A DNA stretch of 64,000 nucleotides from Candidatus Rokubacteria bacterium 13_1_40CM_68_15 (GCA_001917585.1 MNEG01000048.1:23362-87361), one strand, 5' to 3'. Positions 33,086 to 41,551 are shown, counted from the stretch's first letter. The notes: generated by a model not told the origin, from the sequence alone. Made by a program: numbers and translations.

Positions 33086-35373
33086 CCGCGCCCGCCGGCC
33101 GCTACATCGGGGCTCCGCTCAAGCGCGTGGAGGACCGCGCGCTCATGACCGGCGGTGGCCGCTACGTCGACGACATCGCCGTGCCGGGCGTGCTTCACGT
33201 GCACTTCGTGCGCAGCCCGCACGGCCACGCGCGCATCGTGCGCCTCGACGCCAGCGCGGCGCGCCGCGCCGCCGGTGTCGTGGCGGTCGTGACGGCCGGC
33301 GACATCAAGCATCTCGGCCAGCCGTCGGTGAATGCGTTTTTCCCCGACATGAAGATCGCGCCTTTTCCACTCCTGGCTGGCGACGCCGTGCGCTTCGTCG
33401 GCGAGCCGATGCTCGCCATCGTGGCCGAGACCCTGCCCGCCGCCCGCGATGCCGCCGATCTGGTCGAGATCGAGTACGAGCCGCTGGCCGCGGTGGTGGA
33501 CGCCGAGAGCGCGCAGGCGGCGACGGCTCCGATCGTCCACGAGAGCCTCGGGACCAATCGGGCTCTCGCCGCGGCCTGGCGCGCGGGCGACGCCGCCACG
33601 GCCTTCGCCTCGGCGCCGCACGTCGTCCGCGTCAGTGTCGACCAGACGCGCGTCGCCGCCGTCACGATGGAGCCGCGCGGATGTCTCGCCCGGTACGACA
33701 CCGCCGCCGAGGAGCTGACGGTGTGGCTCACGACCCAGGTACCGTTCCGGGCCCGCGGGGAGATCGCCGCGGTCATCGGCTTCGGGGAGCACCGGATTCG
33801 CGTCATCGCTCCGGACATCGGCGGCGGATTCGGCGCGAAGGGCACGACGTATCGCGACGAGATCCTCGTGGCGTGGCTGGCTGTCTTCCTGCGCCGCCCG
33901 GTGAAGTGGATCTCCACCCGGACCGAAGATCTCATGACGACGCAGCACGGCCGTGGCGCGCGCGCCCACGGGGAGCTGGCCGTGAATGGCGAGGGGAAGA
34001 TCACCGGGTTGCGCGCGCGCATCGCGGTCGCGCTCGGCTCCCAGCTCGTCGTCAACGGCGCCGGGCCGGTGCGCAATCACGGCCGGACGATGCCGGGCGC
34101 CTACGTGGTGCCCGCGGTCGACATCCAGGCGACCGCCGCATACACCACAACGATGTCCACCGGGCCGTATCGCGGGGCCGGCCGCCCGGAGGGCATCTTC
34201 GTGATGGAGCGCCTGATGGACGAGGCCGCTCACGCGCTCGGCCTGGATCCTGCCGACATTCGCCGACGCAACCTCGTGCCCGCCGACGCGTTTCCGTATC
34301 GGACGTCGACGGGGCAGGTCTACGACTCCGGTAATTACAAGGACGCGTTCGAGCAGGCCCTCACGCTGGCCGAGTACGGTCGCCGGCGCGCCGAGCAGGC
34401 GGAGGCCCGCAAGCGTGGCGACATCGTGGGTGTCGGTCTCGCCGCGTACGTCGAGCCGTCGGCGCTCGGCTGGGAATCCGGCAGTGTGCGCATCGAGCGC
34501 ACTGGTGTCGTCACCGTCGTCACGGGCTCGAGCGCTCATGGTCAGGGCCATGAGACGACGTGGGCCCAGATCGCGGCCGACATCCTCGGCGTGCCCCCCG
34601 AGCACATCCGCGTCCGCCACGGCGACACGCAGGCGGCGCCCCAGGGCGTCGGCACGTTCGGCAGCCGCTCCACCGCGCTCGGCGGCAGCGCGGTGTATCG
34701 CGCGGCCGGTGAGGTCCGGGAAAAAGGCCGGCGTCTGGCCGCCACACTCCTCGAGGCGGCTCCGGCCGACGTGATGCCGGTCGCCGGCGGCTGGGAAGTC
34801 CGCGGCGTCCCCGGCCGTCGCGCGACGTGGGCGCAGGTGGCCGATCTCGCCTATCGCGGCACCGGCTTGCCGCGCGGTGAGGCGCCTGGACTCGACGCCA
34901 CCGTGTTCTTCAACGCCGAGGGCGAGGTGTGGTCGTTCGGAACGTGCGTCGCGACCGTCACGATCGATCGCGACACGGGCCGCGTGACGCTCACGCGCTG
35001 TGTCTGGGTGGACGACGCCGGCACCATCATCAATCCGCTGCTGGCCGAAGCGCAGCTGCACGGCGGCTACGCCCAGGGCGCCGGGCAGGCGCTCATCGAA
35101 GGCGTCTTCTACGATGCCGGCGGCCAGCTCCTGACGGCGACGCTCATGGACTACGCGGCTCCGCGCGCCGACGATTTTCCGGAGCCGGTGCTCGGTGAGA
35201 TGCACACGCCGTCGCCCAACAATCCGCTCGGCGTCAAGGGCCTGGGCGAGGCGGGCTGCATCGCGCTGCCGCCGGCGATCGTGAACGCCGTGGTCGATGC
35301 CCTCCGCCCGTGGGGATGCACGCACGTCGACATGCCGCTCACCTCCGAGAAGGTCTGGCGCATTCTCCACTGA
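33082..35373 (+). CDS. Xanthine dehydrogenase/CODH family molybdopterin-binding large subunit (CoxL-like, AYRGAGR-type loop), without adjacent FAD or FeS subunit genes
   Basis: GTG start in a GTGA overlap with the preceding gene. GAPLKRVEDRALMTGGGRYVDD, HFVRSPHGHARI, GGGFGAKG, STGPYRGAGRPEG. Confidence 0.9.
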   Translation: MTAPAGRYIGAPLKRVEDRALMTGGGRYVDDIAVPGVLHVHFVRSPHGHARIVRLDASAARRAAGVVAVVTAGDIKHLGQPSVNAFFPDMKIAPFPLLAGDAVRFVGEPMLAIVAETLPAARDAADLVEIEYEPLAAVVDAESAQAATAPIVHESLGTNRALAAAWRAGDAATAFASAPHVVRVSVDQTRVAAVTMEPRGCLARYDTAAEELTVWLTTQVPFRARGEIAAVIGFGEHRIRVIAPDIGGGFGAKGTTYRDEILVAWLAVFLRRPVKWISTRTEDLMTTQHGRGARAHGELAVNGEGKITGLRARIAVALGSQLVVNGAGPVRNHGRTMPGAYVVPAVDIQATAAYTTTMSTGPYRGAGRPEGIFVMERLMDEAAHALGLDPADIRRRNLVPADAFPYRTSTGQVYDSGNYKDAFEQALTLAEYGRRRAEQAEARKRGDIVGVGLAAYVEPSALGWESGSVRIERTGVVTVVTGSSAHGQGHETTWAQIAADILGVPPEHIRVRHGDTQAAPQGVGTFGSRSTALGGSAVYRAAGEVREKGRRLAATLLEAAPADVMPVAGGWEVRGVPGRRATWAQVADLAYRGTGLPRGEAPGLDATVFFNAEGEVWSFGTCVATVTIDRDTGRVTLTRCVWVDDAGTIINPLLAEAQLHGGYAQGAGQALIEGVFYDAGGQLLTATLMDYAAPRADDFPEPVLGEMHTPSPNNPLGVKGLGEAGCIALPPAIVNAVVDALRPWGCTHVDMPLTSEKVWRILH

Positions 35374-35543
35374 CCGCTCGGCGGTACAATCGCCGGCGGA
35401 GGCGTATTCCATGGCGGACATCGCGATCGGCCGGCTCCTCGCGCGCTTCCCGCGTGTGCGTCGCGCCGGATCGCCGGTACGCGAGCGCCGCGCCCGTTTT
35501 CGCGCCCTCCTCTCGTTTCCCGTCGCCGTCTGAGGATTTTCTC

Positions 35544-36452
35544 GTGACGGCCGGCATCGTCCTGGCCTGCCCCTGCGGCGAGGTCTACGAGTTGAAGCCC
35601 GAATTTGCCGGCCGCCTGCTCGAGTGCCCGGTCTGCAACCGGCATCTGCGCGCGGGCATGCCGCCGGGGACACCGCGTCGGGCGATGCCGGATCTCGAGC
35701 CGGCGTTCGATCGCGATGTGTTCCTGCTTCGCGAGCGTGTCCTCTCGATCTCGTCGAAGTACGAGGTCTGGTCCGGGGACGGCCGGCCGATCCTCTACGT
35801 CGAGCGCCCGACCTATCTCCTGCGAACGGTGCTGGCGTACCTCCTGGCCGCGATCGCCGCGTCCTTGGTGATGGCGTGGACGGGCGAGGTCGTGGCCGCC
35901 AGCGGCGCCACGCTCGGGGCTCTGGCCGCGCTGCTCGGGTACGGGCTCGCGCTGGCGACGTTCATCGTCGTCTCGATGTCGGCCCGGCCGTTGCGTCACG
36001 TGACCGTCTTCCGCGACGACTCGCGCCGTGAAGTCCTCCTCCGCGTCTGGCAGGATCAACGGGTGGCCGTCCTCGCCCGGACCTACACGGTGGTGACGGC
36101 CAGCGGCCTCACGCTCGCCCGGCTGCGCAAGGAATACATCCACAACGTCTTTCGCAAGCGCTGGTACGTGGAGACGCCGGCCGGCCAGCGCACCGCGATG
36201 GCCATCGAGGACTCGATCGTGCTGTCGCTGCTGCGACGCGTCCTCGGGTCGCTGTTCGGTCTCCTGCGGACGAACTTCATCCTCGTCCGTCTCGACGCCG
36301 GGTCGGCCGGCATCGTCTTCGGTGAGTTCAACCGGAAGTTCACCATCCTCGACCGGTACGTCCTCGACCTCACCGGCGATCCCGAGCAGATCCTGGACCG
36401 GCGCGTCGGGCTCGCCCTCGGCGTGATGCTCGACACCGGCGAGGGCCGCTGA
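35544..36452 (+). CDS. Membrane protein with an N-terminal zinc-ribbon-like CPCG...CPVC motif and scramblase/LURP-one-like (tubby-fold) segments
   Basis: GTG at 35544. LACPCGEVYELK...LECPVCNRHL. SISSKYEVWSGDGRPILYVERP. Two hydrophobic helices. C-terminus FNRKFTILDRYVLDL...DRRVGLALGVMLD. Confidence 0.5.
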   Translation: MTAGIVLACPCGEVYELKPEFAGRLLECPVCNRHLRAGMPPGTPRRAMPDLEPAFDRDVFLLRERVLSISSKYEVWSGDGRPILYVERPTYLLRTVLAYLLAAIAASLVMAWTGEVVAASGATLGALAALLGYGLALATFIVVSMSARPLRHVTVFRDDSRREVLLRVWQDQRVAVLARTYTVVTASGLTLARLRKEYIHNVFRKRWYVETPAGQRTAMAIEDSIVLSLLRRVLGSLFGLLRTNFILVRLDAGSAGIVFGEFNRKFTILDRYVLDLTGDPEQILDRRVGLALGVMLDTGEGR

Positions 36453-36507
36453 CGGGGAGGGTTGGATCACGCACGACGTCGAGCGCCCGCTCCGCATCAC
36501 CTCCGAC

Positions 36508-37209
36508 ATGCTGCTCTCACGCCGCGTGGACTTCGAGCGCCGGATGCGCCGCCTGCCGCGGGTCACCACGGGGCTCATCGCAGTGCTGATGTTCGTCTTC
36601 AGCGTCGAGGTCGCGTTCGACGCTCTCGACACCGACCACGGCATCATCACCATGGGCGCCCTCTTCAGGCCGGCCGTGGCCGCCGGCGAGTACTGGCGCC
36701 TGCTGAGCGCGACGTTCCTGCACGGCAGCTTCGATCACCTGGTCGGCAACGCCGTCGCGCTCTTCATCCTGGGCATGGTGTGCGAGCACGCGTTCGGCCG
36801 GCGGCAATTCGTCGTGCTCTACGTCGCGAGCGCCGTGGCCGGGTCGCTGCTCAGTCTGCTGTGGAGTCCCGGCCCGTCGGTCGGCGCCTCCGGCGCCATC
36901 TTCGGCCTGCAGGGCGCGGCCATCGCGCTGTTCCGCCGCCACCGCGATCGGCTCCTCGTGCGCGACCGCCGCATCGGCGTGGTGCTGATCGTCTGGGCCA
37001 TCTACACGGTGCTCGGCGGATTGACCACGCCCTACATCGACAATGGCGCCCACATCGGGGGTCTGTCCGGGGGCTGGCTCGTCGGCCGGCGACTGCACCC
37101 ACTGGTGCTGGAGCCGATGCCGCTCGAGCGTGCCCGGGTCCTCCGACGGTGGCTGTGGATCGTCTGGATCGTGCTCGCCTACACGGCGATCGGCTGGCTG
37201 TTCAGATAG
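36508..37209 (+). CDS. Rhomboid family intramembrane serine protease
   Basis: FLHGSFDHLVGN, the catalytic GASGAIFG and HIGGLSGG. Confidence 0.9.
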   Translation: MLLSRRVDFERRMRRLPRVTTGLIAVLMFVFSVEVAFDALDTDHGIITMGALFRPAVAAGEYWRLLSATFLHGSFDHLVGNAVALFILGMVCEHAFGRRQFVVLYVASAVAGSLLSLLWSPGPSVGASGAIFGLQGAAIALFRRHRDRLLVRDRRIGVVLIVWAIYTVLGGLTTPYIDNGAHIGGLSGGWLVGRRLHPLVLEPMPLERARVLRRWLWIVWIVLAYTAIGWLFR

Positions 37210-38146
37210 CGGCCAGGTCTCGCGCGGCCGGAATGTTCGGGAGCGACGTCGCGGCGCGCGCGCCCCGAGCGATCGCGCGGGCGACGGCGTCGGCGGCGAG
37301 GACACCGAGGCGGGTGAGATCGAAGGCCGTCTCCCCCACGGACAGCACGAACAGCGAGTCGCCGTCGAACGCCGTATGCGGTGGCGAGAGCGCACGGCCG
37401 AAGCCGACCATCGCCAGCGAGGCCACCCTCGTCGCCTCCACCTTCATGAGACGCGCGTTGGTCGCCACCACGCCGATGGTGGTGTGGCTTGGACCTCCGA
37501 AGCGTCCCGCGCCGGCCGCGATGGCGCGCGCCGAGTCGATGAGGCGGCGGCTGCCCGGCGCCTCCCGCGTTCCCGCGATCAAGGCCCCCGTTTCGGGATC
37601 ACGCACGTCGCCGACGGCGTTGACCGCCATCAGCGCCGTCACGACGACGTCACCGGCGTCGGCGGTGGCGATGCCGACGCCTCCCCGCATCGCGCAGGCG
37701 ATCCCGTTGACCTTGCCGACGGTCGCGCCGGTGCCGGCGCCCACGCTGCCCTCGGCCACGGGGCCCGCGGCCGCGCTCTTCGCCGCGTCGTACCCCATCT
37801 CGCGCGTCGGGCGAGCGTGAGGGTCACCGACGTTGAGGTCGAACAGGAACGCGCCAGGGACGTGGGGGACGACGGCCGCGCCCACGCGGAACCCGACGCC
37901 GCGCTCCTCGAGCCAGCGCATCACGCCGTAGACCGCCTCCTCGCCGAAGCGGCTGCCGCCACCGAGCACGATGCCGTTCACCGTGCCCACGAGGTGTCCT
38001 GAGTCGAGGTGGTCGAGCCCGACGACGTCGTTGGCGCCGCCGCGCAGTGCGATGCCGGCCACGGCCGGCGCGTCGCTGAGCACGACCGTGACGCCGGTGA
38101 GTCCGACGGGGTCGGTCGCGTGGCCGACGCGGATGCCCGCAATCAT
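37202..38146 (-). CDS. P1 (DmpA/S58) family aminopeptidase
   Basis: IRVGHATDPVGLTGVTVVL...GGANDVVGLD...GAGTGATVGK...NTTIGVVATNA pattern. Confidence 0.8.
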   Translation of the reverse strand: MIAGIRVGHATDPVGLTGVTVVLSDAPAVAGIALRGGANDVVGLDHLDSGHLVGTVNGIVLGGGSRFGEEAVYGVMRWLEERGVGFRVGAAVVPHVPGAFLFDLNVGDPHARPTREMGYDAAKSAAAGPVAEGSVGAGTGATVGKVNGIACAMRGGVGIATADAGDVVVTALMAVNAVGDVRDPETGALIAGTREAPGSRRLIDSARAIAAGAGRFGGPSHTTIGVVATNARLMKVEATRVASLAMVGFGRALSPPHTAFDGDSLFVLSVGETAFDLTRLGVLAADAVARAIARGARAATSLPNIPAARDLAAI

Positions 38147-39318
38147 TGGAGCGGCCGCCGCGAGCCCGGATCGCTCCGTGGGCGGCCTGTTCCAGGCACG
38201 TTGGGCCGTCGCGTCGCATCCGCCGCCGAGAGCCGGCCGAGCGCGACCTCGCCCGCCACCTCGAGCGCCCGTGCGGCCAGCTGGCGGGCGAACGGGTGGC
38301 GGTGCACGCTGCGGCTGTCGTCGGCGAGCGCGGCCGCGGCGGCGCCGGCGAGCGCAGCATGCTCGCCGCGGCCGGTTGCATCGAAGACCAGCGCCATCTC
38401 GGCGAGCCGGCGCGTCCAGCGATCGCGCGCGTCCGGGGTCAGCTCTCGCTCGACGACGCGAGTGATCAGCGCCTCCTGCCGCTCGCCCTTGATCTGGTCG
38501 GAGACGACCAGCCGGCTCTCACGTGCCTGCAGCATCTCGAGGGCGTCGGGCTGGACGCGCTCGGGCTCGAGGAACCATCCGGTCAGCTCGGGCAGATGCA
38601 GCAGCTCGGCAGAGCGCTCGACGAGCGCGGGGTCCGCCGGCGCCAGCGCAGGCAGCCCGGCCGCTGCCACGTCGTCGAAGAGCGGACGCCAGCGCTCGAA
38701 GGCGGCCGGCGGCGACGTCGCCGCTCGACGATGACGGGCGAGCGCCTCGGCGACGAAACCCGCCGCCCGCTCGGGATCGGTCTCGACCCATGGCAGTTTC
38801 TGCGACGCGGCCAGCTCGGCGAGCTCACGCTCGAGGCGCTTCCTGGTGATGTCGCCACCGGCCACGTCGAGGATGCCGATCTCGTCGTTGAGGATCAGCG
38901 AGCAGAGACGAAGCGTGCCGAACGCGCCCTCGAAGAGGATCCAGGACGCGCGGGACCCGGTGCCGTCGATGCCGGAGAGCCAGGCTCGAATGGGCCGCGC
39001 GTTGCCCCGCGTGACGAGTGGACGAGCCGCCGGAGCGGTGGGCGTGACCGTCACGCCTCGCTGGGCGAGGCGATAGATGACGCGCCGGGCGGGCCGGCGG
39101 AGCGCGCGAGTCGTGTGGTCGGCGAGCGCGGAGAGGAGGGGAAGCGCGGCCGCACCGTGCTCACGGGCGAAGGTCCACAGGGTCTCTTCGAGGCGGGCCG
39201 GCGGCGCCGCCGCGAGTACGGTGACCTCGGTGGCGCCGGGCAGCACCTTCGTCGCCAGCCAGTGATCGAGGAGGCGCCGGCAGGCGGCGTCGGCCGCCGG
39301 CTCGGACGCCGGCGTCAT
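38143..39318 (-). CDS. Hypothetical protein (391 aa), no family recognised
   Basis: Long ORF coupled by ATGA overlaps to both neighbours. Helical, Ala/Arg/Leu-rich. Confidence 0.6.
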   Translation of the reverse strand: MTPASEPAADAACRRLLDHWLATKVLPGATEVTVLAAAPPARLEETLWTFAREHGAAALPLLSALADHTTRALRRPARRVIYRLAQRGVTVTPTAPAARPLVTRGNARPIRAWLSGIDGTGSRASWILFEGAFGTLRLCSLILNDEIGILDVAGGDITRKRLERELAELAASQKLPWVETDPERAAGFVAEALARHRRAATSPPAAFERWRPLFDDVAAAGLPALAPADPALVERSAELLHLPELTGWFLEPERVQPDALEMLQARESRLVVSDQIKGERQEALITRVVERELTPDARDRWTRRLAEMALVFDATGRGEHAALAGAAAAALADDSRSVHRHPFARQLAARALEVAGEVALGRLSAADATRRPNVPGTGRPRSDPGSRRPLQ

Positions 39319-39824
39319 TCGAAGGCGAGGCCGAAGAAGCGGTGACCGGCGCCGTCGCGGAAGTGGACTCGACGCGTGTAGTCCAGCGCGCTGGCGAAGC
39401 TCTCGAAGTGCTCGGCCAGCCGCCGGTACGGCGCCGCCCGCTGGGTGGCGCGCGCATGCTCGGAGACGAAGTGGTAGGCGCGCTTGCCCTGCGCGACGTA
39501 GAAGGCGTGACTGGCCAGGCGCTCGACCCGCTCGCGGAAGACGCCCGTCATGAACATGGTGTAGTCGCCGATATGGCGACGAACCGACACTTCGTGCTCC
39601 GGCTGGAACGTCGGCGTGTCTTCCTGCCAGGCCGACTGGACCTCGAGGAGCATGTCGACGACGGTCTCCAGCCGCGGCAGCGCGACGCCGGCGGGAAAGA
39701 GGTTCTCGGTGCGAGCGAAGCGCGTGAGGAGGTCGGCGAGGTACGTTGCCGCCGGCTCGTCCGCGATGGCGAGGTCGTTGAACGACGCCCGAACCGCTTG
39801 GTCGAAGAAGCGTCGCAGCTCCAC
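39315..39824 (-). CDS. Hypothetical protein (169 aa), no family recognised
   Basis: Non-low-complexity, protein-like sequence (FRERVERLASHAFYVAQGKRAYHFVSEH...). ATGA overlap with the downstream gene. Confidence 0.6.
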   Translation of the reverse strand: MELRRFFDQAVRASFNDLAIADEPAATYLADLLTRFARTENLFPAGVALPRLETVVDMLLEVQSAWQEDTPTFQPEHEVSVRRHIGDYTMFMTGVFRERVERLASHAFYVAQGKRAYHFVSEHARATQRAAPYRRLAEHFESFASALDYTRRVHFRDGAGHRFFGLAFE

Positions 39825-39897
39825 GAGTATCCTCCCTCGTCCGCTGAAGCTTCTCCGTCGATCATAGCAGATCGCGTGCGCGACGCCGCCGACCGGT

Positions 39898-40227
39898 TTG
39901 CTAGAATCACGGGCCGTGGCCGCCGAGCCTCGTCGAACGACTCCCTGGCTGATCGTCGTCGCCGCGGTCCTGCTGGCAGGACTTCTGGCTTACACCGTCT
40001 TTGCCGGCTGGGTTCCGACCAAGCAGCGGATGACACGTCTCGAGGCGGAGATGAAGGACGTCTACGCGCGGGAAGCGGCGCTGCAGACGAGGCTGGCCCA
40101 GCAGGAGCAACGGTCGACGATGCGCGAGCAGCAGCTCAATGCGCTGCGCAGCGAGCGCGACGAGCTCGCCCGCCGCGTCGAAGACCTCGAGCGGGAGCTG
40201 GCCGCCGCCCGCGCTCGCCGCCGTTAA
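39898..40227 (+). CDS. Membrane-anchored coiled-coil protein (109 aa)
   Basis: One TM helix (WLIVVAAVLLAGLLAYTVFAGW) followed by a heptad-like region rich in E, R, Q and L. The start is TTG at 39898 or GTG at 39916. Confidence 0.55.
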   Translation: MLESRAVAAEPRRTTPWLIVVAAVLLAGLLAYTVFAGWVPTKQRMTRLEAEMKDVYAREAALQTRLAQQEQRSTMREQQLNALRSERDELARRVEDLERELAAARARRR

Positions 40228-40898
40228 GCTCCCAGTCCCAACAGCCGGGGCAAGCGCCGGCCGAAGACCTCGGCGGCGACCTTGAACGTCTCGACCACGG
40301 TTGCCGCGGCGCCGTCGGCGCGCGTCGCGTTCCACCACCGACCCAGATGCTCTTCCGACCGGAAGAAGTTGATCGTGTGTCAGAGGCCGGCGCAGGCCTT
40401 CGCCCGGATGTCCTCGCGCTTGGCCAGCCACACCATCGCCGGCGTCGGCTCGAGCGGCCCGTCGGGGGCGATGCGCAGCACGAGTGGTTCGCCGCAGTCG
40501 TGGCAGCGGGAGTGGATCGTGAGCGTCTCGCCCATGAGCGTGGCGGCGCCAAGGGCATCGAACGCGCAGCAGGCATACCGGGGGCGTCCATCGGCAGGCT
40601 CGAGACGGAACGCGTTCATCCTGGCGCTGAACGGATAGGCGAGGACGATGGCGCCGGCCTCGACCAGCACCAGATCGAACTCGTCCAGCTCCGCGACGGC
40701 GGCGGCGACCTCGGTGGGCTCGTGATCCGGCAGCAACCCGGCCACGGGAAGCGCGCCTTCGCCAGCGGCCAGGCGACGAATGATCGCACCGAGGACGCGC
40801 CGAGCAACCGGACCGATGGCCTCACGCTCCGTCCACCTGGCCTGGAACGCGGCATCCATCAGCTCCTCGGCGAGCTTGACGGCGTAGCCTGACGCCAC
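40224..40898 (-). CDS. MerB-like organomercurial (alkylmercury) lyase family protein with an in-frame TGA at 40380-40382 aligned to catalytic Cys159 of MerB. Candidate selenoprotein; the alternative is a truncated gene or pseudogene.
   Basis: The listed ORF 40380-40898 ends ...KACAGL[TGA]. The same frame continues HTINFFRSEEHLGRWWNATRADGAAATVVETFKVAAEVFGRRLPRLLGLGA to a TAA at 40224. RYACCAFDALG matches MerB YAWCALDTL (Cys96/Asp99). [TGA]HTINFF matches CCHVHFF, gapless on the FF pair. Confidence 0.65.
40350..40367 (-). promoter_or_regulatory. Candidate bacterial SECIS hairpin (7-bp stem, GGUC loop), 12 nt downstream of the TGA at 40380-40382
   Basis: The minus strand reads uga-cacacgaucaac-UUCUUCC-GGUC-GGAAGAG. 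As I recall, GGUC is also the apical loop of the E. coli fdhF SECIS. Confidence 0.55.
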
Positions 40899-40918
40899 GC
40901 CGCGGAGGATAGCTCAGT

Positions 40919-41323
40919 TCAGGCGGCGCGGCGCACGGTCTCGCGGGCGCGCGCTGCGGTGCTCGACAGCGTTTCCTGCACGCGCTGACCCGCCTGCTCG
41001 GCCGTGGCGTGCACGCGGTCCACAGCCTGGCTCAGCGCGCGGACGTTGGCACCCATCAGCCGGAACGTGCGCTGAGCCGTGTCCACACCTTCGAGCAGCA
41101 CTGTCTGATACCAGCGCAGGGGATCGCTGACGAGCTCCGGCCACATGGCGTGCCAGCGCAGCATCGCGTCTTGATGCTCGCGCAGAGCGTCGAGCGATGA
41201 GCGCTGCAGGTCGGCCAGGAGCCCGCTCGTCTCCTTGACCGCTGCGATCGAAAGCTCGGTGAGATCGCCGAGCAGCCGGCGGTTGGCGTCGGCCCACAGC
41301 TCACTCTGTTCTTGTTCGGCCAT
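40919..41323 (-). CDS. Hypothetical helical protein (134 aa)
   Basis: Protein-like helical sequence; no family recognised with confidence (vaguely phasin-like). Confidence 0.5.
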   Translation of the reverse strand: MAEQEQSELWADANRRLLGDLTELSIAAVKETSGLLADLQRSSLDALREHQDAMLRWHAMWPELVSDPLRWYQTVLLEGVDTAQRTFRLMGANVRALSQAVDRVHATAEQAGQRVQETLSSTAARARETVRRAA

Positions 41324-41335
41324 GCTGACTTCCTC

Positions 41336-41551
41336 CTACGCCGCCTCGTCACCGCGGTGGCGGCGCTCGACGACGCTGATTCGGACTTTTCCCTCACGGG
41401 CGAGGATGGCCACCAGAGAACCGGCAGCGTCCTCGGAGATGTGGAGTCGCCGGGCGATCGTCTGAAGCGAGGTCGTGCCGCTGTCGCCCTCCAGGCTCTC
41501 GAGGAAATCGCGCTCGATGTCGGCCCACCAGTCGTCCGTCGGTCTAGACAT
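41336..41551 (-). CDS. Small winged-helix-like protein (71 aa)
   Basis: TSLQTIARRLHISEDAAGSLVAILAREGKVRI looks like an HTH or winged helix. It overlaps the upstream gene by 8 nt. Confidence 0.5.
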   Translation of the reverse strand: MSRPTDDWWADIERDFLESLEGDSGTTSLQTIARRLHISEDAAGSLVAILAREGKVRISVVERRHRGDEAA

